From contig OZ245040.1 of NCBI GenBank assembly GCA_965224195.1, positions 608,001 to 672,000 of the forward strand: DNA of 64,000 nucleotides, given 5' to 3'. The position numbers and the translations under genes are program-made. Each line of letters opens with the position of its first letter. Position 1 is the stretch's first letter. Origin of the DNA: Nitrosopumilus sp. (GTDB lineage Archaea; Thermoproteota; Nitrososphaeria; Nitrososphaerales; Nitrosopumilaceae). This document shows, one piece after another, positions 42,384 through 53,402 of the stretch. The notes below the pieces were generated by a model. It searched no databases. It was not told the origin of the DNA and saw only the letters and a list, made by a program, of their open reading frames with translations.

Positions 42384-43835
42384 ATGAAACTGATTTGGGT
42401 AATAGTTCCATTGATTTTGATAGTTTCTATGATTGGGTTTGTAGTATCTGAATCTTTTGCAGAAGAATCATCTATTGATACTAGACAAAAATCCTACCAT
42501 GATAATGGCTTTTCAATTAGCTATCCTGCAAACTGGAGAGCCGATGATTCATTTTGCGATGCCTTTGATTTTCCAATTCATCAGCCATCTGCTGAATCAG
42601 CTGTATTTTCTAGAAGTGTACCTGGAATGCCATTAATCACAATTTTTAAACTTGAGAATCAACCTTATGCTGATTATGATGATCAACAGTATTTGGAATT
42701 TTCAATTTCTTTAGCTGAGAAACAATGTGATGATACTTTGGAAACCTTTGGTTACACTTGTAAGGATTATTCATCTGATGCAAAAATTATTGCTGCTAAT
42801 GGTACAACTGCGTTTAAAATTATACATATTTGGAAAGAAGATTATGGTGAAGGATTAGACATAGAGCGAACTAGTGTGATAATTGATATTCCGCAAGATG
42901 ATAACATATGGACCATTCAAAGCGTTAATCGTGCAATAGATGGAGAATATTTTGTTCCACATGGAGAAATTGATTTGGCAATTAATTCGTTCAAGTTTGA
43001 ACCATCTGTTAAAATTGATGATGAAATTCAAGAGTCATCCTCCGAAAAAATAAAAGAAACTGCTAAAATGAAATGGATTAATCAAATGTTGGAAAAACCA
43101 ATTAAACTTGAAGAGACATACACAAATACTAAATTTGGTTTTTCAATAAATTACCCAAAAGATTGGTATGTGCATGATGAAATAATGTCATATTCTCCTA
43201 TATGGGGACTTGATTCTGGTTCTGATGTTTTGGTATTTTTGTCACCTAGGCATTTTGAAACAGAAACACCATACATTGCAGTTAGTTTAATCAAAGATTA
43301 TTATGCAACAAAATATGAAAGTACAGAATATTTAGATTTCATTACAGATGAGGCATTTGAAACATGTAAAAACACTAAGAGACATTTTGATTTTGACTGT
43401 ACAAACCATTCTGTAATGAGTGTTGGATTTCCAATTATAGATGGAAACCAAGCATATGGATTTCAAGATACATGGAATAATGTTTTTGATGATGGTTCTA
43501 CAATTATGAAATCAAATGGCATTACACTTGATGTTATAACAGGAAAAAACGTGTGGAGAATTGTAGGTGAGAATTTCCCAATAGATGATGAATACTTGAT
43601 TGGTAATAGAACCATGCTTGAATCTGTACTAAGTTTTGAATTTGTTGATTCTGATGTAATTTTACAATCGGATTCAATTTTGATAGAATCTGATCCTGAA
43701 TTTTTCCCAACATGTGGTGCAGGAACTGAATTAGTAAATGGAATTTGTAAAGTCATTAAAATAGATGATAAACCATCAGAGGAACCATCATTTATTGAAA
43801 ACATTGTTGGGTTTTTCAAATCTTTGTTTGGTTAA
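42384..43835 (+). CDS. Secreted protein with two tandem PsbP-like domains
   Basis: Signal peptide; GFSISYPANW and GFSINYPKDW repeats; C-terminal CGAGTELVNGIC. Confidence 0.7.
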   Translation: MKLIWVIVPLILIVSMIGFVVSESFAEESSIDTRQKSYHDNGFSISYPANWRADDSFCDAFDFPIHQPSAESAVFSRSVPGMPLITIFKLENQPYADYDDQQYLEFSISLAEKQCDDTLETFGYTCKDYSSDAKIIAANGTTAFKIIHIWKEDYGEGLDIERTSVIIDIPQDDNIWTIQSVNRAIDGEYFVPHGEIDLAINSFKFEPSVKIDDEIQESSSEKIKETAKMKWINQMLEKPIKLEETYTNTKFGFSINYPKDWYVHDEIMSYSPIWGLDSGSDVLVFLSPRHFETETPYIAVSLIKDYYATKYESTEYLDFITDEAFETCKNTKRHFDFDCTNHSVMSVGFPIIDGNQAYGFQDTWNNVFDDGSTIMKSNGITLDVITGKNVWRIVGENFPIDDEYLIGNRTMLESVLSFEFVDSDVILQSDSILIESDPEFFPTCGAGTELVNGICKVIKIDDKPSEEPSFIENIVGFFKSLFG

Positions 43836-44098
43836 CAGCAAAATAATTTTCCCGTAACTTGCAGCAAGTGCCAAAACTAGCAATTCTGACACCTAAATCC
43901 TTTCATAATCTATGCAGGATTGTGTGGATTATGCTAAATTATGATTGGTTCTTGCAAAAAATTCAAATCTTGACTTAAAATTTACTTGATTTAACAAAAG
44001 ATAGTACACTTTATGAGATATTTATGAAAAATTAGATTATGATTGTAATACATGAAAAGTAGAGATATTTTTAAATTTAGACCTAATTAACAATACAC

Positions 44099-45028
44099 AT
44101 GGAAACATATCTGATGGCTATAATTGCAATTGCCATTATTGGAGGAATCATATTTTTGTCCGGACTGAAAATTATACGACCTACACATAGAGCAGCCGTA
44201 GAAACATTAGGAAAATTTTCAGCGTTTAAAAGTTCAGGAATTATTTTTGTGGTTCCAATTTTTCAAAAATTGTTTTCTGTAAATATTACTGATACCTTGG
44301 TAGATGTTGAAAAACAATTTGTCATCACAAGAGATAATCTAAATTGTTCAGTAGACGCGCAAATTTATTACAAAGTAGGGGACGATGAAGCAAGTCTGAA
44401 GAAATCCCTCTATTCTGTAAATGATTATGAATATCAGATTGTACAGTTAGCAAAAACAACTCTTAGAAGTATTATTGGCGACAAGGAGTTTAAGATTGTA
44501 AATTCTGATCGAACATCATTGAATCTAGCAGTTTATGATTCTATGAGTAAAGAGGCTGAAAAATGGGGAATTAAAATTGTCAGAGTGGAAGTCAAAGAAA
44601 TTACTCCACCACCAGATGTCCAAGATACCATGAATATGGTGATTAAAGCAGAAAATGACAAACAAAGTGCAGTTAACTTTGCAATTGCAACAGAAACAAA
44701 AGCAGATGGGGAAAAAAAAGCCAATATCAAAATGGCTGAGGGAAGACGAGAGGCAATGATACTTGAAGCAAGAGGGAAAAAAGAATCTCAAGAATTGGTT
44801 GCAGAGGGAGAAGCAAAAGCCATTGAACTCGTAAACAATGCTGCCAATGAATTCTTTATTGAGAATGCACAAATTTTGAAAAAACTTCAAGTCACAGAAG
44901 AATCATTAAAGAATAATTCTAAAATTATAGTAACAAAGGATGGGATTGATCCAACACTTGTTATTAATGAGAATAATGATACAGTGATTCCAATACCATC
45001 CAAAAAAAGTAGGTATCGGAATGAATAA
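44099..45028 (+). CDS. SPFH/band 7 family protein
   Basis: N-terminal TM, VITRDN, TTLRSIIG, WGIKIVRVEVKEI. Confidence 0.92.
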   Translation: METYLMAIIAIAIIGGIIFLSGLKIIRPTHRAAVETLGKFSAFKSSGIIFVVPIFQKLFSVNITDTLVDVEKQFVITRDNLNCSVDAQIYYKVGDDEASLKKSLYSVNDYEYQIVQLAKTTLRSIIGDKEFKIVNSDRTSLNLAVYDSMSKEAEKWGIKIVRVEVKEITPPPDVQDTMNMVIKAENDKQSAVNFAIATETKADGEKKANIKMAEGRREAMILEARGKKESQELVAEGEAKAIELVNNAANEFFIENAQILKKLQVTEESLKNNSKIIVTKDGIDPTLVINENNDTVIPIPSKKSRYRNE

Positions 45029-45064
45029 TAAATAAACTAGATGCTCTCTTTAGTAATTAAACAT

Positions 45065-47932
45065 TCATTCAATTAAAATCGCTGGTTTGAAAGGTCTTGC
45101 ATGTCTAGCCTTTCCTTTTGGATCATAAATGTCACTATCTGATTCTGAATATACTGTAATGTCAACTCCGAATTCCTTCTTTCCAACGCTAGCTAGTTCG
45201 GATGATAAAAATTCTTTTTCATCAAATGAATCTGATTTTAATTTCATATTTTTGATTTCTTCAGACTCTGAATGTAAATTCTTGATTACTTTTTGAATAT
45301 AGTCTGGCATTTTTTTAGCATCTGTAGTCTCAGGATCTGCAATTAATTCCTTCATTACAACTCCCATGTTGTTTTGACCACCTACCATTATACTCAATAT
45401 TTTTCTATACACTTTGGATTTCATAGAGTCAGAATTTACATAGAGTACAATTTTCTTTGGATTAATTTTTATAACTTTGAGAATATTTGCAATATCGTCT
45501 ATGGTACTTTTGAGTAAATTCTCTGATTGAATTGCAGTAGCATCAATCTCATCTTTAGAATGTACAGGCCATACTGATTTTGATACTTGGCTATCATTTC
45601 CAAGCTTCTCCCACATTTCCTCAGCTATGTGTGGTGCAAATGGAGACAACATTGCAACTCGAGCAGAATTTATTTTATACAATATTCCTGAAACATCTTC
45701 TCTACCTTTAGCTTCAACTCGTTTGTTGTACCAACTCAAATCTGATTCAAATGAAAACAAAATCTCATGCAATCCCTCCCTTAATCTCATCTTTTCAAGG
45801 GATTCAGTAACTGTACCAATCACGCTCTGAGTTTTTGATAAAATCCATCTATCTTCTGCTTGTAACTCTGAAATTGGTTCATTTTTGAGCCTAGAGCACT
45901 CTTCTAGTAATGATTCTAGCTTGTTTTGAATACCATATACTGATTCCATGTTAAAATCAGCATCTTGAAGTAACTCAGCTGATGAAATTATTGCTAGTCT
46001 AATTGGATCTGCACCATGGTCTCTGATTGCAGTACGCAATGGAATGATATTTCCCATACTCTTACTCATTTTAGCACCATCCATCATGACACTACCATTA
46101 ACTACAATTTCTTGTGGCCATAATTTTTTCTCAAATATTGCAACATGATTAAGAACAAAAAATGATAGATGATTCTGTACCAAATCTCTACCTGAATGTC
46201 TTGAATCAACTGGATAGAAATATTGGAATTCTTTTTTCAATGTATTGATCACATCCTCTGTAAGATTGGATGTACTAACAGCTAGAGACAAATCTCCTTT
46301 ATCTAATAAAATATAATCAAATAATTCTCGAGTTAAATTTTCAGGTGTTATAGTTCCATCATTAACAAATCGTGAAATTGTATAGTATGCCATGTAAATC
46401 ACACTATCTGAAAGTGACTCTACAATCCAATCTTTATCCCATGGTAACTTTGTTCCCAATCCTTGTTGTCTTGCACATGCTCGCTCGTGCAACCAATCAA
46501 TTACTTCTTTGAATTCTGTTCTGAGGTTACTTGGTAGAATGTTCATCTCATCAAAACAATTGCGAGCAAGTTCTTTCCATTCTTCATCTCCGTAATTCAA
46601 AAACCATTGATTGTTCAATATTTTAACAACACATTCTGCACCACATCTACAATGCACTGGTGCATTCTCAAGTACTGGGAATTTTTCTAGGATGTTCTTT
46701 TCTTCTAACCATGCTCGTACCTTGTCTCGTCCAAACTGAACTTTTTCATTGTTGAATTGATCACATTTTTCATTTAACTTTCCATCTGTGAATTCTTTGA
46801 GATACAACTCTTTTGTTGCCTCTTCTAATTTCTCATCTGTTTGGTTTGCAACTCCTAATTTTTCACAAATTTGTTTTGCAGGGTATACATCATATCCTGG
46901 AGTTACAATAATTGGAATAGGCTCGATTTTGGATGCTAATTCATGATTTTTGGCCTTGAGATCCATTAATGCCTGGTAATCTTTTGGAGCGTGAGCTGGC
47001 ACTGACATTACTAATCCTGTACCCATTCCAGGCTCTACAAACTCTGCCTCTAAAATTGGAATCTCTACTCCATTGTGATTTGTAGCATATTTTCCAATAA
47101 CCTCACTACTTGGTATATCGCCAATTACTTTGACCTCTTTTTCAAAGAATTCTATTTTCTTTGCACATTGCTCAGCAACTATCCATGTTTCATTATCAAC
47201 TGTAACTTTTTTATATATTACATTTGGATTGACCCACAAATTAGTTACACCAAAAACTGTTTCAGGTCGTAACGTTGTAACTGGGAAAATAAATTCACCA
47301 AACTTGAATTTGACTAGGAAATTTTTATCATCAATTTTGGGTTCAACATCCCCCATTGTATCGTGCTGTGATACAGGATTTTGATCTTTAGGACACCATC
47401 CCACTGGATGACTACCCTGAATGATTTTACCATTTTCTTTCAGTGTGGTAATTTGCCACTCGATAAATTTCTGATAACCTGGAACTATAGTAGTGAATTC
47501 TCGTCTCCAATCAATGGAATAACCCATCTCTATCATTCCAGATTTTATTTCTTCATGGAAATAATCTGCAATCTTTATTGGTTCAACAAATGTTTTGATA
47601 TCCTCTTCTGAAACATGATATACATTTCTCAATCCATCAAGAATTTCTTTTTCTCCAGCTTGAATTCTTTTGGCCATACCTAACACAGGAGTTCCAGTAT
47701 AATGAAATCCCATTGGGAACAATACGTTATACCCTTGCATTCGATAATACCTTGCGTGAACATCAGCTAGCGTGTATGTTCTGCCATGTCCAATGTGTTG
47801 TGGAGAGTTTGGATACGGATAAGCTACTGTGATAAATTTTTTTGGTTTCTCATTTGGGTTTGTCTCAAAGTTTTTTGATTCAATCCATTTGTTTCGCCAT
47901 TTAGTTTCTATTTCATTCCAGTTAATCGTCAT
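45065..47932 (-). CDS. leuS: Leucine--tRNA ligase
   Basis: AYPYPNSPQHIGH, TTLRPET, KMSKS. Confidence 0.96.
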   Translation of the reverse strand: MTINWNEIETKWRNKWIESKNFETNPNEKPKKFITVAYPYPNSPQHIGHGRTYTLADVHARYYRMQGYNVLFPMGFHYTGTPVLGMAKRIQAGEKEILDGLRNVYHVSEEDIKTFVEPIKIADYFHEEIKSGMIEMGYSIDWRREFTTIVPGYQKFIEWQITTLKENGKIIQGSHPVGWCPKDQNPVSQHDTMGDVEPKIDDKNFLVKFKFGEFIFPVTTLRPETVFGVTNLWVNPNVIYKKVTVDNETWIVAEQCAKKIEFFEKEVKVIGDIPSSEVIGKYATNHNGVEIPILEAEFVEPGMGTGLVMSVPAHAPKDYQALMDLKAKNHELASKIEPIPIIVTPGYDVYPAKQICEKLGVANQTDEKLEEATKELYLKEFTDGKLNEKCDQFNNEKVQFGRDKVRAWLEEKNILEKFPVLENAPVHCRCGAECVVKILNNQWFLNYGDEEWKELARNCFDEMNILPSNLRTEFKEVIDWLHERACARQQGLGTKLPWDKDWIVESLSDSVIYMAYYTISRFVNDGTITPENLTRELFDYILLDKGDLSLAVSTSNLTEDVINTLKKEFQYFYPVDSRHSGRDLVQNHLSFFVLNHVAIFEKKLWPQEIVVNGSVMMDGAKMSKSMGNIIPLRTAIRDHGADPIRLAIISSAELLQDADFNMESVYGIQNKLESLLEECSRLKNEPISELQAEDRWILSKTQSVIGTVTESLEKMRLREGLHEILFSFESDLSWYNKRVEAKGREDVSGILYKINSARVAMLSPFAPHIAEEMWEKLGNDSQVSKSVWPVHSKDEIDATAIQSENLLKSTIDDIANILKVIKINPKKIVLYVNSDSMKSKVYRKILSIMVGGQNNMGVVMKELIADPETTDAKKMPDYIQKVIKNLHSESEEIKNMKLKSDSFDEKEFLSSELASVGKKEFGVDITVYSESDSDIYDPKGKARHARPFKPAILIE

Positions 47933-47936
47933 AATA

Positions 47937-49752
47937 TCATCCTAAAATCATTGATTTTGCTTTGATTATTGCCTGCTCTTTTTTAGATGTGTCCTTTCCT
48001 CCCCCTTGAGCAAATTTAGCATCACCGCCACCAGAACCGCCTAAAATTGAGGCTATTTCCTTGGCTATTTCACCCGCATTTACGCCTGAATTTACTCCGG
48101 CATACACCATAATTCTAACAGTTGGTCCTGCTTCAAAAATTCCACAAAATGCAGCTGTACCATCTTTGGCAACTAATTTCTTACCAAAGTTTTGATGGAA
48201 ATAATCATCATAGTTTGGACTGGAAGTAAAGCAGATTTTATTTTTAATTGTAATCTCATCTAGTTCTCCTGATTGGCCACCAAGAATCTTTTCTAGCAAA
48301 ATAGGAATCTGCTTTCTTGCTTTATCTTTATTTTCTTCGCGTTGTTTATCTAATTTTTCTTTAGCAATATCATCTACAACCTGTTTCTTTGATTTTTCTT
48401 CTTGGTCTTTTACATATTGAAAAGCTGTTGGTCCTGAGACAAATTCTATACGAACTACTCCGTCTTGAATTCGTTTAGTCTTTGTAATTTTGATTAACTC
48501 AATATCTCCCGTCTTCTTTACATGTGTACCCCCACATGCTTCAATATCTTTATTCTCAATTGATACAATTCTAACTGACTTTACTGGAACTACGCCGCCC
48601 TGATAAATTCTAAAACCATACTTTTGTTCTGCAGTTCCTCTATCGTAATAATCAATGTTTACTGGATAATCCTCTTTTACCATTTGATTAGCTGCATCTT
48701 CAATCTGTTTTACTTGTTCATCAGTTAATGATGAATGGTGTGTAATGTCTAGTCTGGCATGATCATGGTCTTTAAACGCAGAGTGTTGCCAAATCCAAGA
48801 ACCTAACACTCCTCTTGATGATGCATTGATGATGTGAGTACTGGTGTGGTTTTTTGTAATGTTTGCACGACGTATTTCATCTACCTTACAAGATACAGTA
48901 TCGCCTTCTTTTGGAACCCCGCCTTCTAGATTGTGAACAATAATGTTTGCATGTTTATCTGCATTAACCACATTAAATCCTGCAATGGTTCCTAAGTCTG
49001 GTTCTTGTCCTCCACCTCTTGCATAAAATGAAGTTTTATCTAGTACGACTTGATCATCAAAGACCTTGATTACTTTGGCCTCAAACTCCATTGGGTCGTC
49101 TTTGTAAAATAGAGTCTCAGTTTCAGGTAACTCTTCTAGTGGAAGTTCCGTGATTGCCTTTTTCTTTTCAGACTGGTGCAAATCAGATAGTTTAGAGTAA
49201 AATTGTGATGGGATTTCAGAAATCGCATCAACTTCTTTGAGATATTCAGGTGTAATACCATCTGATTCGTATAGAGTAATCAATTCATCCACTGATGGCA
49301 CTCCTTTTTCACGAATCTTTTCTGCCTTTTTCTTCATGTGGACTTTGGAATCTTCATATCTTGCAGATTCTAGCTTGAGAATTATTTTGACATCTTCTCT
49401 TTTCTCATCAAGTTTTGGATAGGTATCTTTGAGATAGTCAATATGAGTATCAATCAAATCATCAATGTCTAATTTTAGATTTAATCTGTTAATCGTTCCA
49501 TTAATTCTTCGTAACATCATTCTAAGATTATACCCTCCACCAACATTACTTGGTAATGCGCCATCTGTAATTGCAAAGATTAGAGTTCGTAAATGGTCTG
49601 CAATTAGATAGATTCCTTCAAGCGGTGTGATCATTTTGTTTAGTTGATCCTCTGTAATTCCGGCATTTTTCACTGCAAGATGTCTTACTTCATTCAGATC
49701 ATCGAAATGATCAATCTCTTTTGCAATTTCTGTAAAGTATTTTTTTAAAATT
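47937..49752 (-). pseudogene. alaS: Alanine--tRNA ligase, C-terminal two-thirds only
   Basis: IADHLRT, HTSTH, EACGGTH and GGSGGG present; frame closes with TAA TAA just upstream of LILKKYFTEIAK; class II catalytic N-terminus absent. Confidence 0.85.
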
Positions 49753-49779
49753 AGATTGACTGGTTATTAAATTGAAATC

Positions 49780-50799
49780 TTAGAACCATTGATCGAGATT
49801 TTGACTCTTTTTTTCTAATGCCTTTTTTAACCTGTTTAAAGTAGATTGAATTCTGTCTTCAGAGAAACTTCTTTCTTTAAGATATTTCATGACTCCTTCA
49901 TAATCTACTTCATTAAACACAATTTCATCAACTTCTGCTACTTCGGGATTTAAGAATATCTTTCTTATTTGTTGGAACTCAATTTCTGCTAATTGTTCTT
50001 GTATTTGTGGTATGTCCTCTAATCTTGAGTGCTGTTTAATTAATTTCATTGCAGTCTTTGGGCCAATTCTCTCAAATCCATTTGGATTAAAATCTGTACC
50101 AATTAAAATTCCAACATCAATTAACTCTTCTCTGGTCATTCCAATTGCATCAAGTGTTTTCTGAGTTTCAATAATTTCTGGTACAACATCGATGTATGTA
50201 TTTCTGTTGGGGATTTTTCTTCTTCCACTACTTGTAAAATTTCTTACTAGTCTTTTTGCACCACATAATACGGAATCATAATCTTGACTTGCTGAAGCAT
50301 ATGCTTGTCCTGTGTTTGTTAAATAAGCTGCAGTTGCTTCTCCTTCTGATGGTGCTTCGATATATGGAATGCCAAAATATGTGAGAAATTGTTTTGATTC
50401 TTTTACCATTCCATCTCTCATGCTAGTTGTTTGTTGTGCAAATTTCCTTGCATCTTCCATATTTCCTTCTGCAACTGCTTTTTCATATTTTACCGTGGCA
50501 TCTCTTTTGATTTGTTTTCTACGCTCAATTTCCGCAGTTTTTAGTGATGGTGGCTTTCCATCAAAAACGTATACTGGCTGAATTCCTAATGATAGAAAAT
50601 TGACATTTCTATACAGTAATCCGCTTAGATGACTGGTTATCCTTCCTTCAGAATCTGTTAATTGTAGTCCGTCTGGCCCTCTAATGCTTGCCAAAAATTG
50701 GTAAATTGCATTGTATGCATCTATTGCAATTACTCTGTTTGAAAATGCTTCAAGGGTAGTTTTCTCCCTTACTACCAAATCCTTTAGGTTCAATCCCAT
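49780..50799 (-). CDS. fen: Flap endonuclease 1
   Basis: [25 protein letters not shown]-terminal PIP box QNLDQWF. Confidence 0.96.
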   Translation of the reverse strand: MGLNLKDLVVREKTTLEAFSNRVIAIDAYNAIYQFLASIRGPDGLQLTDSEGRITSHLSGLLYRNVNFLSLGIQPVYVFDGKPPSLKTAEIERRKQIKRDATVKYEKAVAEGNMEDARKFAQQTTSMRDGMVKESKQFLTYFGIPYIEAPSEGEATAAYLTNTGQAYASASQDYDSVLCGAKRLVRNFTSSGRRKIPNRNTYIDVVPEIIETQKTLDAIGMTREELIDVGILIGTDFNPNGFERIGPKTAMKLIKQHSRLEDIPQIQEQLAEIEFQQIRKIFLNPEVAEVDEIVFNEVDYEGVMKYLKERSFSEDRIQSTLNRLKKALEKKSQNLDQWF

Positions 50800-51080
50800 G
50801 GAATTTGTTGTGTTTATGAGGTATTTTGTGTTTATCTTTTATTTTTGATCTATGTTTTTGTTGTAATTTTAGAAAAACAAGAAATTGTTTCTATTTTAGA
50901 TGATGATACCTTTGATGGGTTTCACTTTATTTTTTCAAATACTGTAAGTGACGAGAAATGGAATAGAACCAAGGATCAAATCAAAAAGAAATTCAATGAT
51001 GAATTATTTGATATTGATAATGTTTGATCTTTACAGTCTTTTCTGATTTGCTTTATTATGGAGTTATTCTGAGAATAGAT

Positions 51081-51162
51081 GCCGAGATAGCCAAGTAGTA
51101 CGGCGGCCGTCTCGAAAACGGCTACGCGCAAGCGTGCGGGGGTTCGAGTCCCTCTCTCGGCG
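51081..51162 (+). tRNA. tRNA-Ser(CGA)
   Basis: GCCGAGA/TCTCGGC acceptor stem, GCCGT-CTCGAAA-ACGGC anticodon arm, long variable arm, GGTTCGAGTCC. Confidence 0.92.
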
Positions 51163-51263
51163 TTTATTCATTTATGGGACGTAAAAACAATGTTCACCAT
51201 ACAATTGATAACAGTTTGTAAAAAGAAGATAAAATACAACAATACATCCTGTTCCAAATATTA

Positions 51264-51763
51264 TCAACTCATCCCAAAACTAACCGCTTAGGCAAATTTT
51301 GATGATCATCGGGATCTGTCTGCATTAACACCAACACTCATTTTCATGAAATTCACAGAAATGACAGATTCGCAATGGAACACAATAAGACCACATCTGC
51401 CAAGACCGGCAAGTACTGGCAGGCAAAGTGCAGACGACAGGACCACAATTGATGCAATAATGTTTGTACTGATTACGGGCTGCAGATGGATTGACCTGCC
51501 TTCAAGGTATGGCTCCAAATCATCTGCACACAGGAGATTCCAAAATCTGCAGCAGAAAGGAATTTGGAAAAAGATTCTCAGATGTGCAATAAAATCAGCA
51601 TACAAGCAAAACAAGATTAACATGCAGAAAATATCAGCTGACTCGTCAACAATCCACAATAAAAAAGGGGGGCGACGTAACTGGATATGACGGATTCAAG
51701 AAGATTCTAGGCACAAAGATACATGTTGCAGCAGAGCAAAACGGATTGCCAATATCAATTGTA
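51264..51763 (+). mobile_element. Truncated second copy of the IS427-like element
   Basis: Near-identical to 3237-3736; orfA 51346-51690 intact; A6G6 slip site; homology stops abruptly at 51763. Confidence 0.9.
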
Positions 51764-51971
51764 GTTCTGCTAACTAGTCGACTGATTTGAGTGGGTGCTA
51801 CAGATCGGGTGATGAACTTGTTTATCGTGAAATCATCTGATTTATTCCTGAATTAATTACCACATATAGAATCAAGAGTCCCAAACCAACAACACCGGCA
51901 ACCAAATACTTGATCATAAAATATCTTAGGAATTATTTGTTATAAGTTGAATTTTTAGAAAATAGAAAAAG

Positions 51972-52184
51972 GTGGAAAAAAAATTAACAAATTGTGATCG
52001 ATCCATGCGTAATACATTTAATAATATGATGTGCACATGTAGCATAATGGCTGCAACATATGTACCAAAGTGGGGATTACTTCATAAAAAACAGTCCGAA
52101 AAATTTCAAAAATCACAAAAACATAAAAAAACTGAAAAATGCTCCGACTTTGGCGATTATATGGCGTGGTTAGATGAAAGCTAA
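51972..52184 (+). CDS. Small hypothetical protein (possible antitoxin; true start probably later)
   Basis: Overlaps the start of the next ORF; ends DYMAWLDES. Confidence 0.4.
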   Translation: MEKKLTNCDRSMRNTFNNMMCTCSIMAATYVPKWGLLHKKQSEKFQKSQKHKKTEKCSDFGDYMAWLDES

Positions 52185-52485
52185 GAAAATTATTTGGGAT
52201 ATTGCAAAAATCCCGAGCTTCAAAAAAGATTTTACAAAGTTATCTCTCAAAGAAAAATGGGTTGTTAGTCAATCAGTTAATGCTATGAGATATGTAAAAG
52301 ATCCTTCTAAATTATTTCCATATCCTCAATGTGATAGTTGTCCTCCAAACATGTATCTTTTTGGTGTATCTGATGATGGTGTAGGAAATAAAGGATTAGA
52401 AATACAAATTGTAATTGGGAAAGAAACAAAAATACTGTATCCGTTTAATTGTAGAAAATCTAAGTTTGTGAAACAAAAGAAATAA
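52174..52485 (+). CDS. Hypothetical protein with RelE/ParE-like N-terminus
   Basis: WDIAKIPSFKKDFTKLS; basic, 103 aa. Confidence 0.5.
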   Translation: MKAKKIIWDIAKIPSFKKDFTKLSLKEKWVVSQSVNAMRYVKDPSKLFPYPQCDSCPPNMYLFGVSDDGVGNKGLEIQIVIGKETKILYPFNCRKSKFVKQKK

Positions 52486-52490
52486 TTTTT

Positions 52491-53395
52491 GGCGATTATG
52501 TATCTACTGCCCCTAGCATATACTTCAACAATAGATCAAACAATTTACAATCTCTATTGTTGCATCTCCATTCCATTTCTTTGATGTACAACAAAAACTT
52601 TCTTGGACTTGCTCCGTGATGCTTTGCCATATTCTCTTTTGCAAAACTCCAAAACCCCTCAATGCCGTTGATGTATACGTCACCTTTTCCAAACATCTTG
52701 CTGTGATCTATTGCGAGATGTTTGTAGCCGTTGAATACAAGTGAGTCATATCTCTTCCACTTGTCAGTATACACGATGCTGCCTTTCTTGACTTTTCTAA
52801 TCGTACTTTTCAGAAGAGTTTTGGCTTTGACGTTATTTACAATCTCAACATGTACCTTGCCATTTCTCTCTAAAATTCCAAATACAATTGTCTTGTTTTT
52901 GGCACCTCTGCCACGATTTCCCTTTCTTCTGCCTCCAAAATACGCCTCATCAGCCTCAATTTTTCCTTTCAGAACCTTGTCTGTCTTTGCCAGTTCCTCA
53001 AGTATTGAATACCTGATTGTATCAAATGCTTTCAAGGTGGTCTTGTAGCTTAGACGTACCTGTTCTGATGCAGTCTTTGCAGAAACTGACAGCTCAAAGA
53101 GCTTGATTAGTGAGAGCCATGTGGAATATGGAATTCTAATCAAAGAGAACTTTGATGCAGAAAACGGTTTGAAATCTTTCTGACATTTTGTGCATCTCAT
53201 TCTGTCTCTGCTTTTCATGGTGTAGAGAGTTTTGTTTTTGCAGAAAGGACAGGGAATATTCTTAGTGTATTTTGATTCTAGGGATTGTATTGGCAATGAT
53301 TCATCAGAGATTATTTTTGCAAATGATACAAAGTCCATCCAACATTGTTGAAAATTATTCCATAATAATCTAGGGGCAGTAGATATCCAATCACC
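52491..53395 (-). mobile_element. IS1595-family insertion sequence
   Basis: 26-bp imperfect TIRs with perfect core tatctactgcccctag; flanking aattttt on both sides. Confidence 0.9.
52496..53338 (-). CDS. IS1595 transposase
   Basis: CPFC...CTKC zinc ribbon, EADEAYFGG, YTDKW, INGIEGFWS. Confidence 0.92.
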   Translation of the reverse strand: MDFVSFAKIISDESLPIQSLESKYTKNIPCPFCKNKTLYTMKSRDRMRCTKCQKDFKPFSASKFSLIRIPYSTWLSLIKLFELSVSAKTASEQVRLSYKTTLKAFDTIRYSILEELAKTDKVLKGKIEADEAYFGGRRKGNRGRGAKNKTIVFGILERNGKVHVEIVNNVKAKTLLKSTIRKVKKGSIVYTDKWKRYDSLVFNGYKHLAIDHSKMFGKGDVYINGIEGFWSFAKENMAKHHGASPRKFLLYIKEMEWRCNNRDCKLFDLLLKYMLGAVDT

Positions 53396-53402
53396 AATTT
53401 TT

